Source: Camelus dromedarius
Lineage: Eukaryota
Direction: 5' to 3'
DNA: 64,000 nt
Assembly (NCBI RefSeq): GCF_036321535.1
Contig: NC_087436.1
Span: 9,982,001 to 10,046,000, forward strand
Both the position numbers and the translations under genes were made by a program. The notes under the pieces were generated by a model, which saw only the letters and a list, made by a program, of their open reading frames with translations, searched no databases and had not been told where the DNA came from. Below are positions 36,291 through 47,830 of the stretch, piece by piece; the stretch's first letter is position 1; every line of letters starts with the position of its first letter.

Positions 36291-37631
36291 ATGGATTCAG
36301 AACTCAAGGATGTTTATAACAGGACACTTGCCGCAGAGAACAATACTGCTGGCACTCGGAATTCGGATTTCCCAGTCTGGGACGACTATAAAAGCAGTGT
36401 CGATGACTTGCAGTACTTCCTGATCGGACTCTATACATTTGTAAGTCTTCTTGGTTTTCTGGGGAATCTACTTATTTTAATGGCCCTCATCAGAAAGCGA
36501 AATCAGAAGACGACGGTCAACTTCCTCATAGGGAATCTGGCCTTCTCCGACATCCTGGTTGTGCTCTTCTGCTCACCCTTCACGCTGACCTCTGTCTTGC
36601 TGGATCAGTGGATGTTTGGCAAAGTCATGTGTCACATTATGCCTTTCCTGCAGTGTGTGACGGTTCTGGTCTCCACGTTAATATTAATATCGATTGCCAT
36701 TGTCAGGTATCATATGATAAAGCATCCTGTGTCTAATCATCTGACAGCCAACCATGGCTATTTCCTGATAGCCACCGTCTGGACGCTAGGTTTTGCGATT
36801 TGTTCCCCCCTCCCAGTGTTTCACAGCCTCGTGGAACTTCAGGAGACGTTTGGCACCGCCTTGCTGAGCAGCCGGTACCTATGCGTGGAGTCCTGGCCGT
36901 CGGATTCCTACCGAATTGCTTTCACTATCTCTTTATTGCTGGTTCAGTATATCCTGCCCCTAGTTTGTCTGACTGTGAGCCATACCAGTGTCTGCCGGAG
37001 CATCAGCTGTGGACTGGCCCACAAAGAAAACAAGCTAGAAGAAAATGCGATGATCAACTTAACTCTTCACCCCTCCAAAAAGAGCGGGGCTCAGGTGAAG
37101 CTGTCCAGCAGCCGCAAGTGGAGCTATTCGTTCATCAGAAAACACAGGAGGAGATACAGCAAGAGGAAAGCGTGCGTGCGCCCGGCTCCGGCAAGACCTC
37201 CCCAGGAGAACCGGCCCCGGGCGTTTCCAGAACTCCCTGGCTCCGCGAAAAGTCAGCTGCCTTCATCCAGTAAGTTCATGCCCGGGGTCCCCACCTGCTT
37301 CGAGGTGAAACCCGAAGAAAACTCGGATGTTCCTGAGATGAGAGTCACCCGTTCTATCATGAGGATAAAAAAGCGATCTCGGAGTGTCTTCTACAGACTG
37401 ACCGTCCTGATTTTAGTGTTTGCCGTTAGCTGGATGCCGCTGCACCTTTTCCACGTGGTGACTGACTTCAACGACAACTTGATTTCAAACAGGCACTTCA
37501 AGCTGGTGTACTGTATCTGTCACTTGTTAGGCATGACGTCCTGCTGTCTCAATCCAATTCTATACGGATTTCTTAATAATGGGGTCAAAGCTGATTTGAT
37601 GTCCCTTATACACTGTCTTCATATGTCGTGA
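36291..37631 (+). CDS. NPY5R: Neuropeptide Y receptor Y5 (446 aa, intronless CDS)
   Basis: MDSELKDVYNRTLAAENNTA...WDDYKSSVDDLQYFLIGLYTFVSLLGFLGNLLIL...AIVRYHMIKHP, long basic ICL3, ...SWMPLHLFHVV...LNPILYGFLNNG...CLHMS-stop; acceptor TTTTCAGCAG 9-12 nt upstream of the ATG. Confidence 0.97.
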   Translation: MDSELKDVYNRTLAAENNTAGTRNSDFPVWDDYKSSVDDLQYFLIGLYTFVSLLGFLGNLLILMALIRKRNQKTTVNFLIGNLAFSDILVVLFCSPFTLTSVLLDQWMFGKVMCHIMPFLQCVTVLVSTLILISIAIVRYHMIKHPVSNHLTANHGYFLIATVWTLGFAICSPLPVFHSLVELQETFGTALLSSRYLCVESWPSDSYRIAFTISLLLVQYILPLVCLTVSHTSVCRSISCGLAHKENKLEENAMINLTLHPSKKSGAQVKLSSSRKWSYSFIRKHRRRYSKRKACVRPAPARPPQENRPRAFPELPGSAKSQLPSSSKFMPGVPTCFEVKPEENSDVPEMRVTRSIMRIKKRSRSVFYRLTVLILVFAVSWMPLHLFHVVTDFNDNLISNRHFKLVYCICHLLGMTSCCLNPILYGFLNNGVKADLMSLIHCLHMS

Positions 37632-37936
37632 TTCTCTGTGTTTACTGAGGGAAGAACAAACGTTGGGATCATCTCAAATATGTTCACAATGACTATATAT
37701 GGGTAGTAAACAAACTTTGTTAAACACATGGAATTTTATTTATGTATAAAATCTCTGGATTTGAATGTCAGTTCATAATATAGGGAAGATAATTTTAATA
37801 CGTTATAATCCGATGCATTCATTTAGCTGCATAAAGTCATTGTCAATCCAATCTGTAATTCCATTAAAAAAAGTAGTTATATTACTTTTTATTTCAGCTT
37901 GTCTTGTGAACAAATGAATTGTATGTTCTTGCTTAA

Positions 37937-37942
37937 AATAAA
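37937..37942 (+). terminator. Candidate NPY5R polyA signal AATAAA (alternatives: ATTAAA 37863-37868, AATAAA 38343-38348)
   Basis: Hexamers in AT-rich 3'UTR downstream of the stop. Confidence 0.45.
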
Positions 37943-39216
37943 AGTTAGCTCTAACCATCTCAGTATGTTTTTCAAAATTATAATAAGCAAAAATAATTTA
38001 CTAGGGCCCGTTTAATTTCCAGTATGAAGAATATCTATTAATCTTCATTTTTACTTCACAGACTTCTTAGTATTCAGTGTGTGAAAATACAGAAAGTATT
38101 TTCCATATTTTAGTATGCCCAGCAAACCATAACTAAGTAACAGGTACACACCCAAGTCATGACTTTAACTAACTCTGGATACAGTTTTGGAACTCCTACA
38201 GGAAAATGCTTTTTTCCTAGTATTGATAATAAGTCAAATTGTCAATTTATCCCTTAGTAATCGTAGTAATACAGTTGATTTATCAATTAAAAACAGATTT
38301 TTAAATCTTTTCTAGACTTATACCATGATATTAACACTATCAAATAAAGATTGTTTTCATATACCTCTTTTATATTCTAAGATGTGAAATATAAATGATA
38401 TCTGTATTTCCAAGTATTAAATAATGGTAAAAAAAATACTTAAAATTTCTACAGGGAATAAAAAAGACTAGTTGATTTTTTTTGGCCAAGATAATAAAAT
38501 GATTGATATATTTTTTACTATTTTGGGACTGAGGTCTCATATGCTATCTTACTAAACTGAGGCCAGTCTTTTCAACTAGAGCTTTTTGTTTCTTTTGACC
38601 AGTTTGTTTGTTTGTTTATATAACTGGGTCCCTGAAAATAATTGAATATTTTCACATAGGCTCAGATGTGCAAAATAATAATGCTGTCTTCAGGTCCCAT
38701 CACTGACTTAGCCGTCCTCCATGTTGATTCCTGTTCATAAGGGAAAACAACTAAACAAAACAAGAAACTGTTTCAGTGTTCAAGTAATAGATAATTCTGG
38801 TAATTACTGAGTCAACTCAAAGGCCAGTCTTGCCCCCGGGGCTTTCTTTTGGCCCCTCCTTCCCTAGGTGACACCCACACGTGGGGGAAACGGAAGATGC
38901 TGCTGGTCCACACTTGCGCTCTGGGGGGGTTCCTGCCTGACTCCAGGTGATAAGTAATTAGTCTTGCCTGATCGCTGAGTTACCTCTGCCTGTGCTGTGT
39001 TCGTAGCAGGGTCAGGGCCCGAGGGTCCAGCCCCGACAAGCCTCCCGGGCAAAGACGTTGTAAACTCACTGACTCTGGTTCATTGAATCTCAGCCACATC
39101 CTCCAATTTGTTCTGAGCCTGGGCTCTCCACTCTGTGGGGTCCGGCCCCTGTCAAGTCTAGGGACTATCCAGGAACTTTAAATTCACCAGAAGAACTCTT
39201 GAGAAACTTGAACTTC

Positions 39217-39838
39217 TGTTAGAGCAGGCAGATAGCTAGATATGAGCAGAGAAAATGGGACACAGGCCACATGGCAGGAATTGGGAAGAAAGGAGGGACA
39301 CAGGCCAAATACAGGAAACCCTACATTATGTAAGCACCTGGTCAGAGAAAGAAAAGCAGTGGTCACAACTCTGGGGGTGATAAGCAGCCCGGAGCCAACA
39401 AAGAAAGGTGGAAAAAGGCAGGAATCTCCAGTGTCCTAATGTAACCTTTTACTCATTATGCTCTCATTTCAATAAAATTAGCCTTGCAGATTAGAGGTAA
39501 CCATCACATAACGACATCATGACACTTCTGATCCAGACCAAATAGCGACAGAAATCCCTCCTCCCTTCAGGAAGGTGGAGCTGGGATGAAAATCAGGGAA
39601 TCAGACCCCAAACCCCTCCCCTCCCCCAATGAATATTCTGCCCATTCATTTTACACCCTATGTAACCAACTTGCCAAAGAAACTCCGGGCAGCCACTCAC
39701 CTGCCCGCTCTCCCCTTGGGAGTGCACTATCCATCCCTTAATAAATCCTCACTTTACTTTATTAACCTCTGTGTCTTGTCTCTGAATTCTTTCTGGGATG
39801 GGAAAGAACCTGGACACCGGTTGCATCTACTGGCAACA
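39217..39838 (+). mobile_element. Solo ERV1-class LTR
   Basis: TGTTAG...GGCAACA, perfect 4-bp TSD CTTC (39213-39216, 39839-39842), AATAAA at 39740-39745. Confidence 0.88.
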
Positions 39839-41362
39839 CTTCTACTGCGCACATGGCACAGGCAGCATGGGCTTCCGGGGTTGCTTTGTACTAACACTGT
39901 GAGCTCCCATGTCCGTGCTGTTGTGCTCACACCATGTGGCTACAAAAGTGTTCTGCTTTTCAGTCCCTTTCTAGATATTCAAATGTGAAATTAGGTTAAA
40001 GTCCCTTCTGCTTTTATCTTCCCTCTAATCTGTCTGGTGCCATCTGACTGCCGCCCGCCCCGCCAAGTTTTGATATGGTAGCAGAGAGACACAGCGAACA
40101 AACTCTGGTTCACTTTGGCTTTTCCTTCCTTTCCTTCTTTTTATTCTAAGGGCATCTGCTTCTTCCTGCCCACCAAGAATGGCCCTTGCTAATAAAACCT
40201 TCATTTTTTCCCCTGCGCTGTAGTTTATGGTAAAACCACATTCAGAATACCTAGGTTTGTTTTTGGAAAACGAAGCTTTTATGATTTAAAACTTCTATCT
40301 CCTTTAAATGCTTGGATTCAAAACTGTTGTCTCACCCCAGACCCCAAACAAAAAAATCTTTTAAATCAGTCTCTGATTTAAAAGAAATACTTATTTTCAC
40401 TTTCACTACGGCAATCGATTTCAAGGTTTAACTTTAGTAGCCAAAGTGGGAAAAGTTCGGTGATACGGGCAAATATAAACACATAGGGGGGTATTTTATC
40501 CTGTTAGAGTGACTTACATTAGCAAATGTACAACGACTGTCAGACTTCACAGATTTTATGGTTGCTGATAGATGACTTTAGTTAAACTGGATAAACTAAT
40601 TCGGGGCTCTTCAACTATTGAACTCAAAGGAAGCCATTTATCTTCCCCAACTAGAAACGACTGAATGTTTTTAACAATCGAAAGTTGAGAAGTTTAAATG
40701 GATTGCTGGATAGAAGTCATTAAGAGGACTGATTGATGGTTTCAGGAGATGATTGTGAATAATAATTTCTTCAATGGAGACTTGCTTTGTGAGTTAAACA
40801 ATTTGTATTCAATCTACTTTCCATTGCTCAAGAGCTGATTATCTGACTTTTTTTCCTTATTGTCTCTCAGTGTCTAAGTTGATTGCTTGTTTCATAACAA
40901 CTCTGCAAAGCATGGCTAGTAAGTGGTGATGAAATTATAAATGGTCAGCCTGGTCTCTGTGATCACTAGATTTTAACAATTATTTAGAAGTACTTAATTC
41001 AGGAAGAGATGTTAAATTGAGTTTTGATGGCTATTTTAAATTATTCTTGATAGCTGTGGATAATAAAACACTAAATTAAAAAAAAGTAACCTGGGAAATG
41101 CACAGAGTATCTAAAATAATTAAATGGTGAAGAAATGTATGTATGAGGATTATTTTATTCATTATTTATTAAATACCTACTGTGTACCAAGACCTCTTCT
41201 AGGTGTTTGGGACACAGCAATGGAAAAAATGAAAAAATCCATCCTACTTTGATGTTTGACTTCTGGAGCCAGGGATGGGAGTCAGTGGCATGAAGTGGAC
41301 AAACATACGTGATAAGAACAATACAAGGTGAATTACATAGTAATGATATAGTACATAGATTG

Positions 41363-42040
41363 GTGTACTTATTTCCTGGCATGCCTTAAGCTGGGTGGAC
41401 TGAAGCAATAAAAACTCACTGTCTGACAGTTCTGAAAGCTAAAAATCTGAAATCAATACGTCTGCAGGGCAATGCTCCAATGAAACTTGCCTCTTCCTGT
41501 TACTGAGTCCAAGCTCATATTGCTTACCACATGACTGGCCGGTAAAGCAAGGGACAAGTAGCTGGGGAAAGGAATAGCAACTTCATTTGGAAAGCCAGCA
41601 GACCGAGAAGATGGTGGACCATCTTGCCTAAGTTAGAGTCCATGCTTCTTTTATACTCAAAAGGGAGGGTGTAAAATCGAAAATTTCCTGGCTCCTGTCA
41701 GTCTCCAGAGAAGATGTGTTGATTTCTTCCAGCCTGCAGCCATTCACAGGTGAGCCTGGTCAGGGTGTTTCCTGCCAGCTAAACTAAGGTATTTTAGCTT
41801 AATGCTCATTACCTGGGGGGCAGGGTTCCCAGAGATGGGCCACTATGTATAATTTAAGCTTATAGGCAACATCCCTTTAGTGATTAACTTTGAAGGCAAT
41901 AGAATACAAAGATTAAAGTAAAAGAAGCAGATCCAATATGGAGTCAGATTTGTTCTTCCCTATTTCGCTCCTAGTTTCTGTCATTAGCTGGCAATTTTTG
42001 GTGGTCCTGGAAGGTGTATACCTCCATCTCTGCCTTTATC
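41363..42040 (-). mobile_element. MLT1-like MaLR LTR split by a nested ERV1 LTR (41498-41967)
   Basis: MLT motifs ACAGTTCTGAAAGCTAAAAATCTGAAATCAA...GCCTCTTCC resume at CCTAGTTTCTG; insert TGTTAC...ATTTCG flanked by TTCC/CTCC. Confidence 0.7.
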
Positions 42041-42079
42041 TGTGTGTGTATGTTTATATACATATAAACTATATATATA

Positions 42080-42495
42080 TAGTTGACTCTTGAACAACAT
42101 GGGTTTGAACTGTGCAGATCCACTTATATGTGGATTTTTTTTCAATAAATATATTGGGAAAATGGGTATTTATGACAATTTGAATACACTCACAGATGAA
42201 CTGCACAGCCTAGAAATAGCAAAAAAAAAATTTAAGAAAAACTTAGATATGACATGAATGCATAAAACATATGTAGATACCAGTCTATTTTATCACTTGC
42301 TACCATAAAAAACACACAAATATATTACAAAAAGTTCCAATTTACCAAAACCCACGCACACAAACACTTACTGACTGTACATGGCACTATTCGAAGTCAG
42401 AGAAATGCAAACCCAAGTAAAGATGCAGTTGAAATCACACCTGGATAAAGTTAACCACAGTTCATTCTTAATAACTTTGTAGACACCCCCTGTTC
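42080..42495 (+). mobile_element. Tigger2/MER28-like fragment (one end)
   Basis: TAGTTGACTCTTGAACAACATGGGTTTGAACTGTGCAGATCCACTTATATGTGGATTTTT resembles the Tigger2 terminus. Confidence 0.75.
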
Positions 42496-43407
42496 ACCCA
42501 CATTTTAGTGAATCATTTCTTTGACTAATCTCTTTATCCCTTATGTATGTATGTATTTAAAGGGAGTCTCAGCAGGTCCATTACACAAGTCTACATTTCC
42601 TAGTTGTCTCCTAGTTTGAAACTTCACATCCTCATCTTGGATTCAAGCTTGGATATCACTGCCATGTGAACTCCCTCATCCTTGAGATAAGACCTCCAGT
42701 GTGGCAGTAGTTTTCATCAAGCCTCAGCAAGTGACTTCAGGGCCTCAGCAAGTCTTGGGGGCTTGGATGGCTTGTGCAGGGGTTGTAAAGAGCCCCCTGC
42801 TCTCTGGAGGGAGGGGCGTTAGGACTGATGACCAGTGTCTTCCCTGCAGGGCGGGGAGCCAGAATAGAGAGCAGCGTTATTGCTCATGCACTCTGGTTCA
42901 TCCTCTAATCCAGGCACATCTCTAGTACCTCTTTAAAATCAAACAAGCAAATAATTGAATTAAACCTAACACTTAGAAAGCACTACATAGTAATTAGTGT
43001 GATTTAAAAATTCATCGTCATCATTGTCATCTTCGGCATCATCAACAATAGATGCTCATTATTTGCCAAACACACTGGAGGCTCTTTGCCTGAATGGTCT
43101 CGTTTGCAACCTTGCCTTCGAGCACAGTGCTTACCCGGTACTGCTCTGGCCTCGTATTTCCTTACTGTGTCTGTAGACCTTCATGGAGCTCAAGAAGTGT
43201 TTTGTGCGATACAAATCACTATAGGTACAAATGGGTGCCGTTTAAATTGTTCCCAGGTGCACACTGAGCTGAAGTTCATGCAGGCAGTTTAAGTCAGAAG
43301 AGCAGGCTGGGGACGCAGTGACTCAATCAGTAAAGCACTTTGCTGAACACCCGAAACCACGGTGGTGCTTTTGACCATTATAAAGTTTGTCATTGTTTTT
43401 AGTTTTA

Positions 43408-43560
43408 ATTTTTTTTGTTGTTTTGTTTTTTTTTTTTTTTTGATTAGGGGGGAAGTAATTAAGTTTACTTATTTATTTTTTGATGGAGATGCTGGGGATG
43501 GAACCCAGGACCTTGTGCAAGCTAAGCATGCGCTCTACCACTGAGCTACGTACTCCCTTC
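43408..43560 (-). mobile_element. vic-1-like tRNA-derived SINE
   Basis: GAACCCAGGACCTTGTGCAAGCTAAGCATGCGCTCTACCACTGAGCTA on +; TTTTTAGTTTTA on both flanks. Confidence 0.85.
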
Positions 43561-46276
43561 TCTTTTTAGTTTTAGACTTAAGTTGTTTACCAGGGACCAT
43601 TGTTTCATGGGAAGCATAAGCAACATGTAAATGAGGAGGATGAACAAGATGATAAGTGTGCAAATTTATCTCAGGGTGTTATGCAACAGCTTTAGAAGTT
43701 GCAATTTCTAATTAAAAATTTTGTGTGGCCCATTTGGATGTCCTTAACCTAATAAAAACATTGATAAATAAGAAAATAACTGAGCCTATATGACATATGA
43801 TTTATTGTGAATAAAGATTATCCAAATCCATGATGAACCTTTAGAGTAAAGTGCTCTATAAATAGAAATTTAAATGTCTAATATATCTGATTATTTAAAA
43901 TCAAAATACGTAAGAATTTTCACTAAAAAACTGAATGCATGAAGTGCAAGTTGTAACAATTCCAGACATTAGGTTCTGAAAACAAGGTGTTTTATAAAAA
44001 TATTATTGACTTCATTCCTCCTCACTATGAATTACTTATTTTATATCCTTTTCTTTCAAAAGTGTCTATGTCAGTTAATTTTGCCTTTCATTCAGGTATT
44101 TCGTATTATTTAGCCAGAAGTATAGAGGCATACTGAAAATCAATTTTAATGTTACCCAGAGTTTTAAAGAGTAGATTTCCTCTTTTAGTAGTCTACAGAG
44201 ATAAAGAAAAACACATTAAGTTAAACTGTATGAAATTGCCAGTATTCAATGCTTTTGACCTACAAAAGGTGGCACTACCATAAGCTTTAACCTATAAATA
44301 AAAGTCTGGAAATTTTCCAACATTGGCCAGATACAGAAGTTTCAGACTATTCCAAGAAGATTTTTGTTTCTTCAACTTCTTTACCTTTGTCTAATGCTTA
44401 ATTTAGGCTTATTAGTTATACATATAAAAAAAAACCTAAGTTATATTAAATCATATTGGATTCATGTCAGGTACCTGTGACAAGAGGGAGCTGAGGATCT
44501 GTTAAGAATATCCCCTTAGAATCTAAGCTCTATGAGAACAGAGACTTGTCTAAATTATTCATCAGCAGATCCTCATAGTCCACTGCACATCCCGACACAG
44601 AACAGGTGACAGTAAATAAGTCCTGTCAGACGAAATCTATGGACGGACATATAGCAAGCCCTCACAAAGAATTAAACACATTTTGAGAATTAAGAGGGTC
44701 TATGAAGCCCTGGGGTTCTCAGTCACAAGATAGTCTTCAATCTAGGCTTCTGCCACTGAGATAATTTAACTATTTTCCATGTTTGTGCTTCTCTCTCTGT
44801 AACTACAAGCTCTCTGTACGTCCAGCTTCCTCCATCTACTTGTTCCCTTCCTGCCTTCTCCAGAATTCAGCTTGCCATGACTCCCCTCTCTTCCCAAGCT
44901 AATGTCACCCAAGGATCTCAAATGTAATAGCTGGCATCTCTTAATGGTGCCCTCTTGACTTTGCTTACACTGCTGACTGCTTCATTATTTTCATAATTGG
45001 GACCAAGCTTTAGTACCTGCCTAGATACATGGTATTTTTAGGCACAGTGGGGACAAACAAAATAGCCACATGCTCAAAAAATGTTTTGGGGCATCCTTTA
45101 TTCCCCTGGGTCTAAAGATAGGAGGTCCAAAGTGGTGAATCTAGAGATGAGAGAGAAAAATTGGCTGGCGGGGAAGTCCCTGTGACCGGGGCAATAAGAA
45201 GCTTCAGGATAATGATTTCCATGGTCAGTTTTCTGTGGCCAGCGGTGCTGTGCTATGAGGTTGCCTTCTTCCTCATTATCACCTGCTCCATCTCCTCAGG
45301 GACATCTACAAGACGCCATCATCTTCCTTAAGCATTTGTTGAGGGGATGAATGAAGTGGATGAGCAATATTTCATATGAGGGGAATCCCAGATGTAGAGA
45401 GAGACTGAAGATAAAGGAGCAGGATGGCTGATAATGAGAACTAATGTTCAGCATGGATGAACTTTGGGGCGGATGCTTCCCCCTAAATGTGAGATGAAGG
45501 CTTCTGCTTAAGACTAAGCACTGCTTGGGTTTATCTCTATGGCTGATGGAGCTTCACTCACCCCTCTGTCCCATTGGCTTCAGCTTTCTCCATACCTCTT
45601 CATTTCTGATGTTGCTCTTTTGGGGAAAAAGAAAATCTCCTGCCAATCCAGTGACTCCTTTCTACAAAGGCAGAAGAGAATTTAACAGTTTTATTACTGG
45701 AAAAGCATTAAGCTGGACTTGATGGGCATCACAGGAAGATTGCTAAAAAGATTATAAAGACAGAAAGAAATCTTCCCCTTTTATAAAAATAGCCAGGCGT
45801 GTGCAATCCATCACCTCCATGTTCTCGGGGTCAGCGATAGCTTTTGGGTAGATAAGGGGACTGGACAGAACCGTTTGCTCTACGTAATTCATCTTACGTT
45901 CACTTGGTCTTGGTGTGACATCTCTGTTAGGTAATTTTTTTTATCCAATAGAAAATAAAGTACCGTATAACTCTATGACTAGCAGGAAAACCTCCACAGA
46001 GACAGGAGATAGTGTACTAGCCTTGATGTGTCCAATTCAAAGAGAGGTCCCCAAGGCCCTTAAGGGAAACATCCCTGGGCTGTAAAAATGTAAAATTGCA
46101 AAGGGCTTTTTTTTTTTTTTTTTTTTTTGAAGCCTCTTAAAAGACTTACAAATCAAAGGGACGGGAAAGAATTTATCAATGATGTTTCAAAAAGAAATTA
46201 TCTAAGAAGAGCTATCTTTCCCTTATAGCAGTAGAGAAAACTCCTTTTTGTTGTTGTTTTTTTTTTTACAATTGTT

Positions 46277-47120
46277 TTTACCTTTACACTGTATGACAGT
46301 GGTTCTCAGAAGAGGGTCATTTTGGCCCCCAGAGGTCATTTTACAATTGATGGAGGCTTTTTTGGCTGTCACAACTGGATGTGTAACCAAAGCTGTTGCC
46401 GGAGAATCATACCCCCGAATGGAAACCAATTTCTCTTACCTAAATTTCAGGAGGAAGTTGCAAAGAGAAAAACAAGAACTGGTTAGAACCAACAAGTCCC
46501 AAGATGGCAGAGGATCTGACTTCCAAGAAACCTTGAGCCTCATTATACACTCCCTGTAATGCATTAGCTGCTAAATGACACACCCACATGTGCCATGACA
46601 GCTGACGATTGCAATGACAACAATCAGAAAAGTCCATACAAGGACTAAAAAGGAGAGCTGCATCAATTTTGAGTCCAAACCACATCCTCGTTCTTGGATA
46701 AGGTGTGAATATTCCTCCCTCTCTTTCCATTTGCTTCCTTTTTATCTTGACCCTCCTATATATTTGGTGTCTCTGCTGGAATTGGGTTAAGAAGTTGATT
46801 TGCCAACTAAGTTCCACTTTTCCACTCTTTGGCCATTGAATAGAACCCGTGTTGTTCCAGTCGCAGCATTGGTTTCATTATGGCTGTGTGAATCCAATGG
46901 GAAAAAGAACCTCCCTGACTGAGACAAGCGGTCTCAGCCTAGGCTAGGACCACAGCACCCATTCAGTCGACCAGTTCGGTGATGGGAGAATAGGAATACA
47001 AGCACCTAGTCTAGAGGCCAGGGACGCAGCTAAACACCCTACAATACACAGGACAGTCCCGCAACAAAGGATCACCCAGCCCAATACATCAATAGTGCCG
47101 CAGTTGAGCAAGCCTGCTCT
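46277..47120 (+). mobile_element. MER20 (hAT-Charlie) split by an LTR-like insertion at ~46382-46980
   Basis: CAGTGGTTCTCA...TGTCACAACTGG, resuming at TAGAGGCCAGGGACGCAGCTAAACACCCTACAATACACAGGACAG...GTTGAGCAAGCCTG; GATG on both sides of the insert. Confidence 0.75.
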
Positions 47121-47299
47121 ATACGGAAAGTAACCACTCAATTTATCATCTAAACTGGGATGCTTTTAAGAAGGAAAGCTGGTACTGTTAATAGTAAGGC
47201 TGGGACAGCACACCTATATAAGACATATAATCATATTGTCCAGTGATTTGACAGTCAGGGATTATGGTCAGGATATCTACATCACTGACAGTGTCTCTC

Positions 47300-47830
47300 A
47301 AGATGTGCTGGTGAACACTGAAAAATTAGCTTTCTGCAAAGGAGTAGGTGTGCCCTGATTTACAGTTTTCATGATTCTGTAGTGTGGCCGATTTCAAGCT
47401 ATCAACATGCCCTCATTAGACGGGAGTTGGGGTGAGATGTGCAGAAGCAGAGCATTATACAGGACTCCCACCAAACGTGTAAACAACCTTCAGAACAAAG
47501 AAAATAGTAAAGGGGGGAGGGTATAGCTCAGCTGGTAGAATGCATGCTTAGCATGTATGAGGTCCTGGGTTCAATCCTCGGTACTCCACTAAATAAATAA
47601 ATAAACTTAATTACCTTCCCCTTCAAAGAATAAAATATTTTTTAAAAACCAAATAGTGAAATAATTAAAAAGTGATTAATGTGGACTATTTATTACCTTT
47701 GTTTTAAATATAATTTAATCATAAGTTTATATCTTTTTAATCATGGCTATTTTCAACAACTGACTTGCAGATTCCCTGCAGATTTAACAAAGAGCTTTCA
47801 TGAGATGGTACGGACTGGATCCAACCCACC
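47300..47830 (+). mobile_element. MER63-like hAT element
   Basis: GTGCTGGTGAA start, GGCCGATTTCAAGCTATCAACATG internal, GGTACGGACTGGATCCAACCCACC end. Confidence 0.55.
47512..47650 (+). mobile_element. vic-1-like tRNA-derived SINE inserted in a MER63-like element
   Basis: GGGGGGAGGGTATAGCTCAGCTGGTAGAATGCATGCTTAGCATG...GGTTCAATCC; flanks AAATAGTAAA / AAATAGTGAA. Confidence 0.88.

Noticed and set aside
47512..47590. tRNA gene calls for the SINE heads
   Set aside because: Diverged copies with A-rich tails and TSDs; these are retroposed SINEs, not tRNA genes
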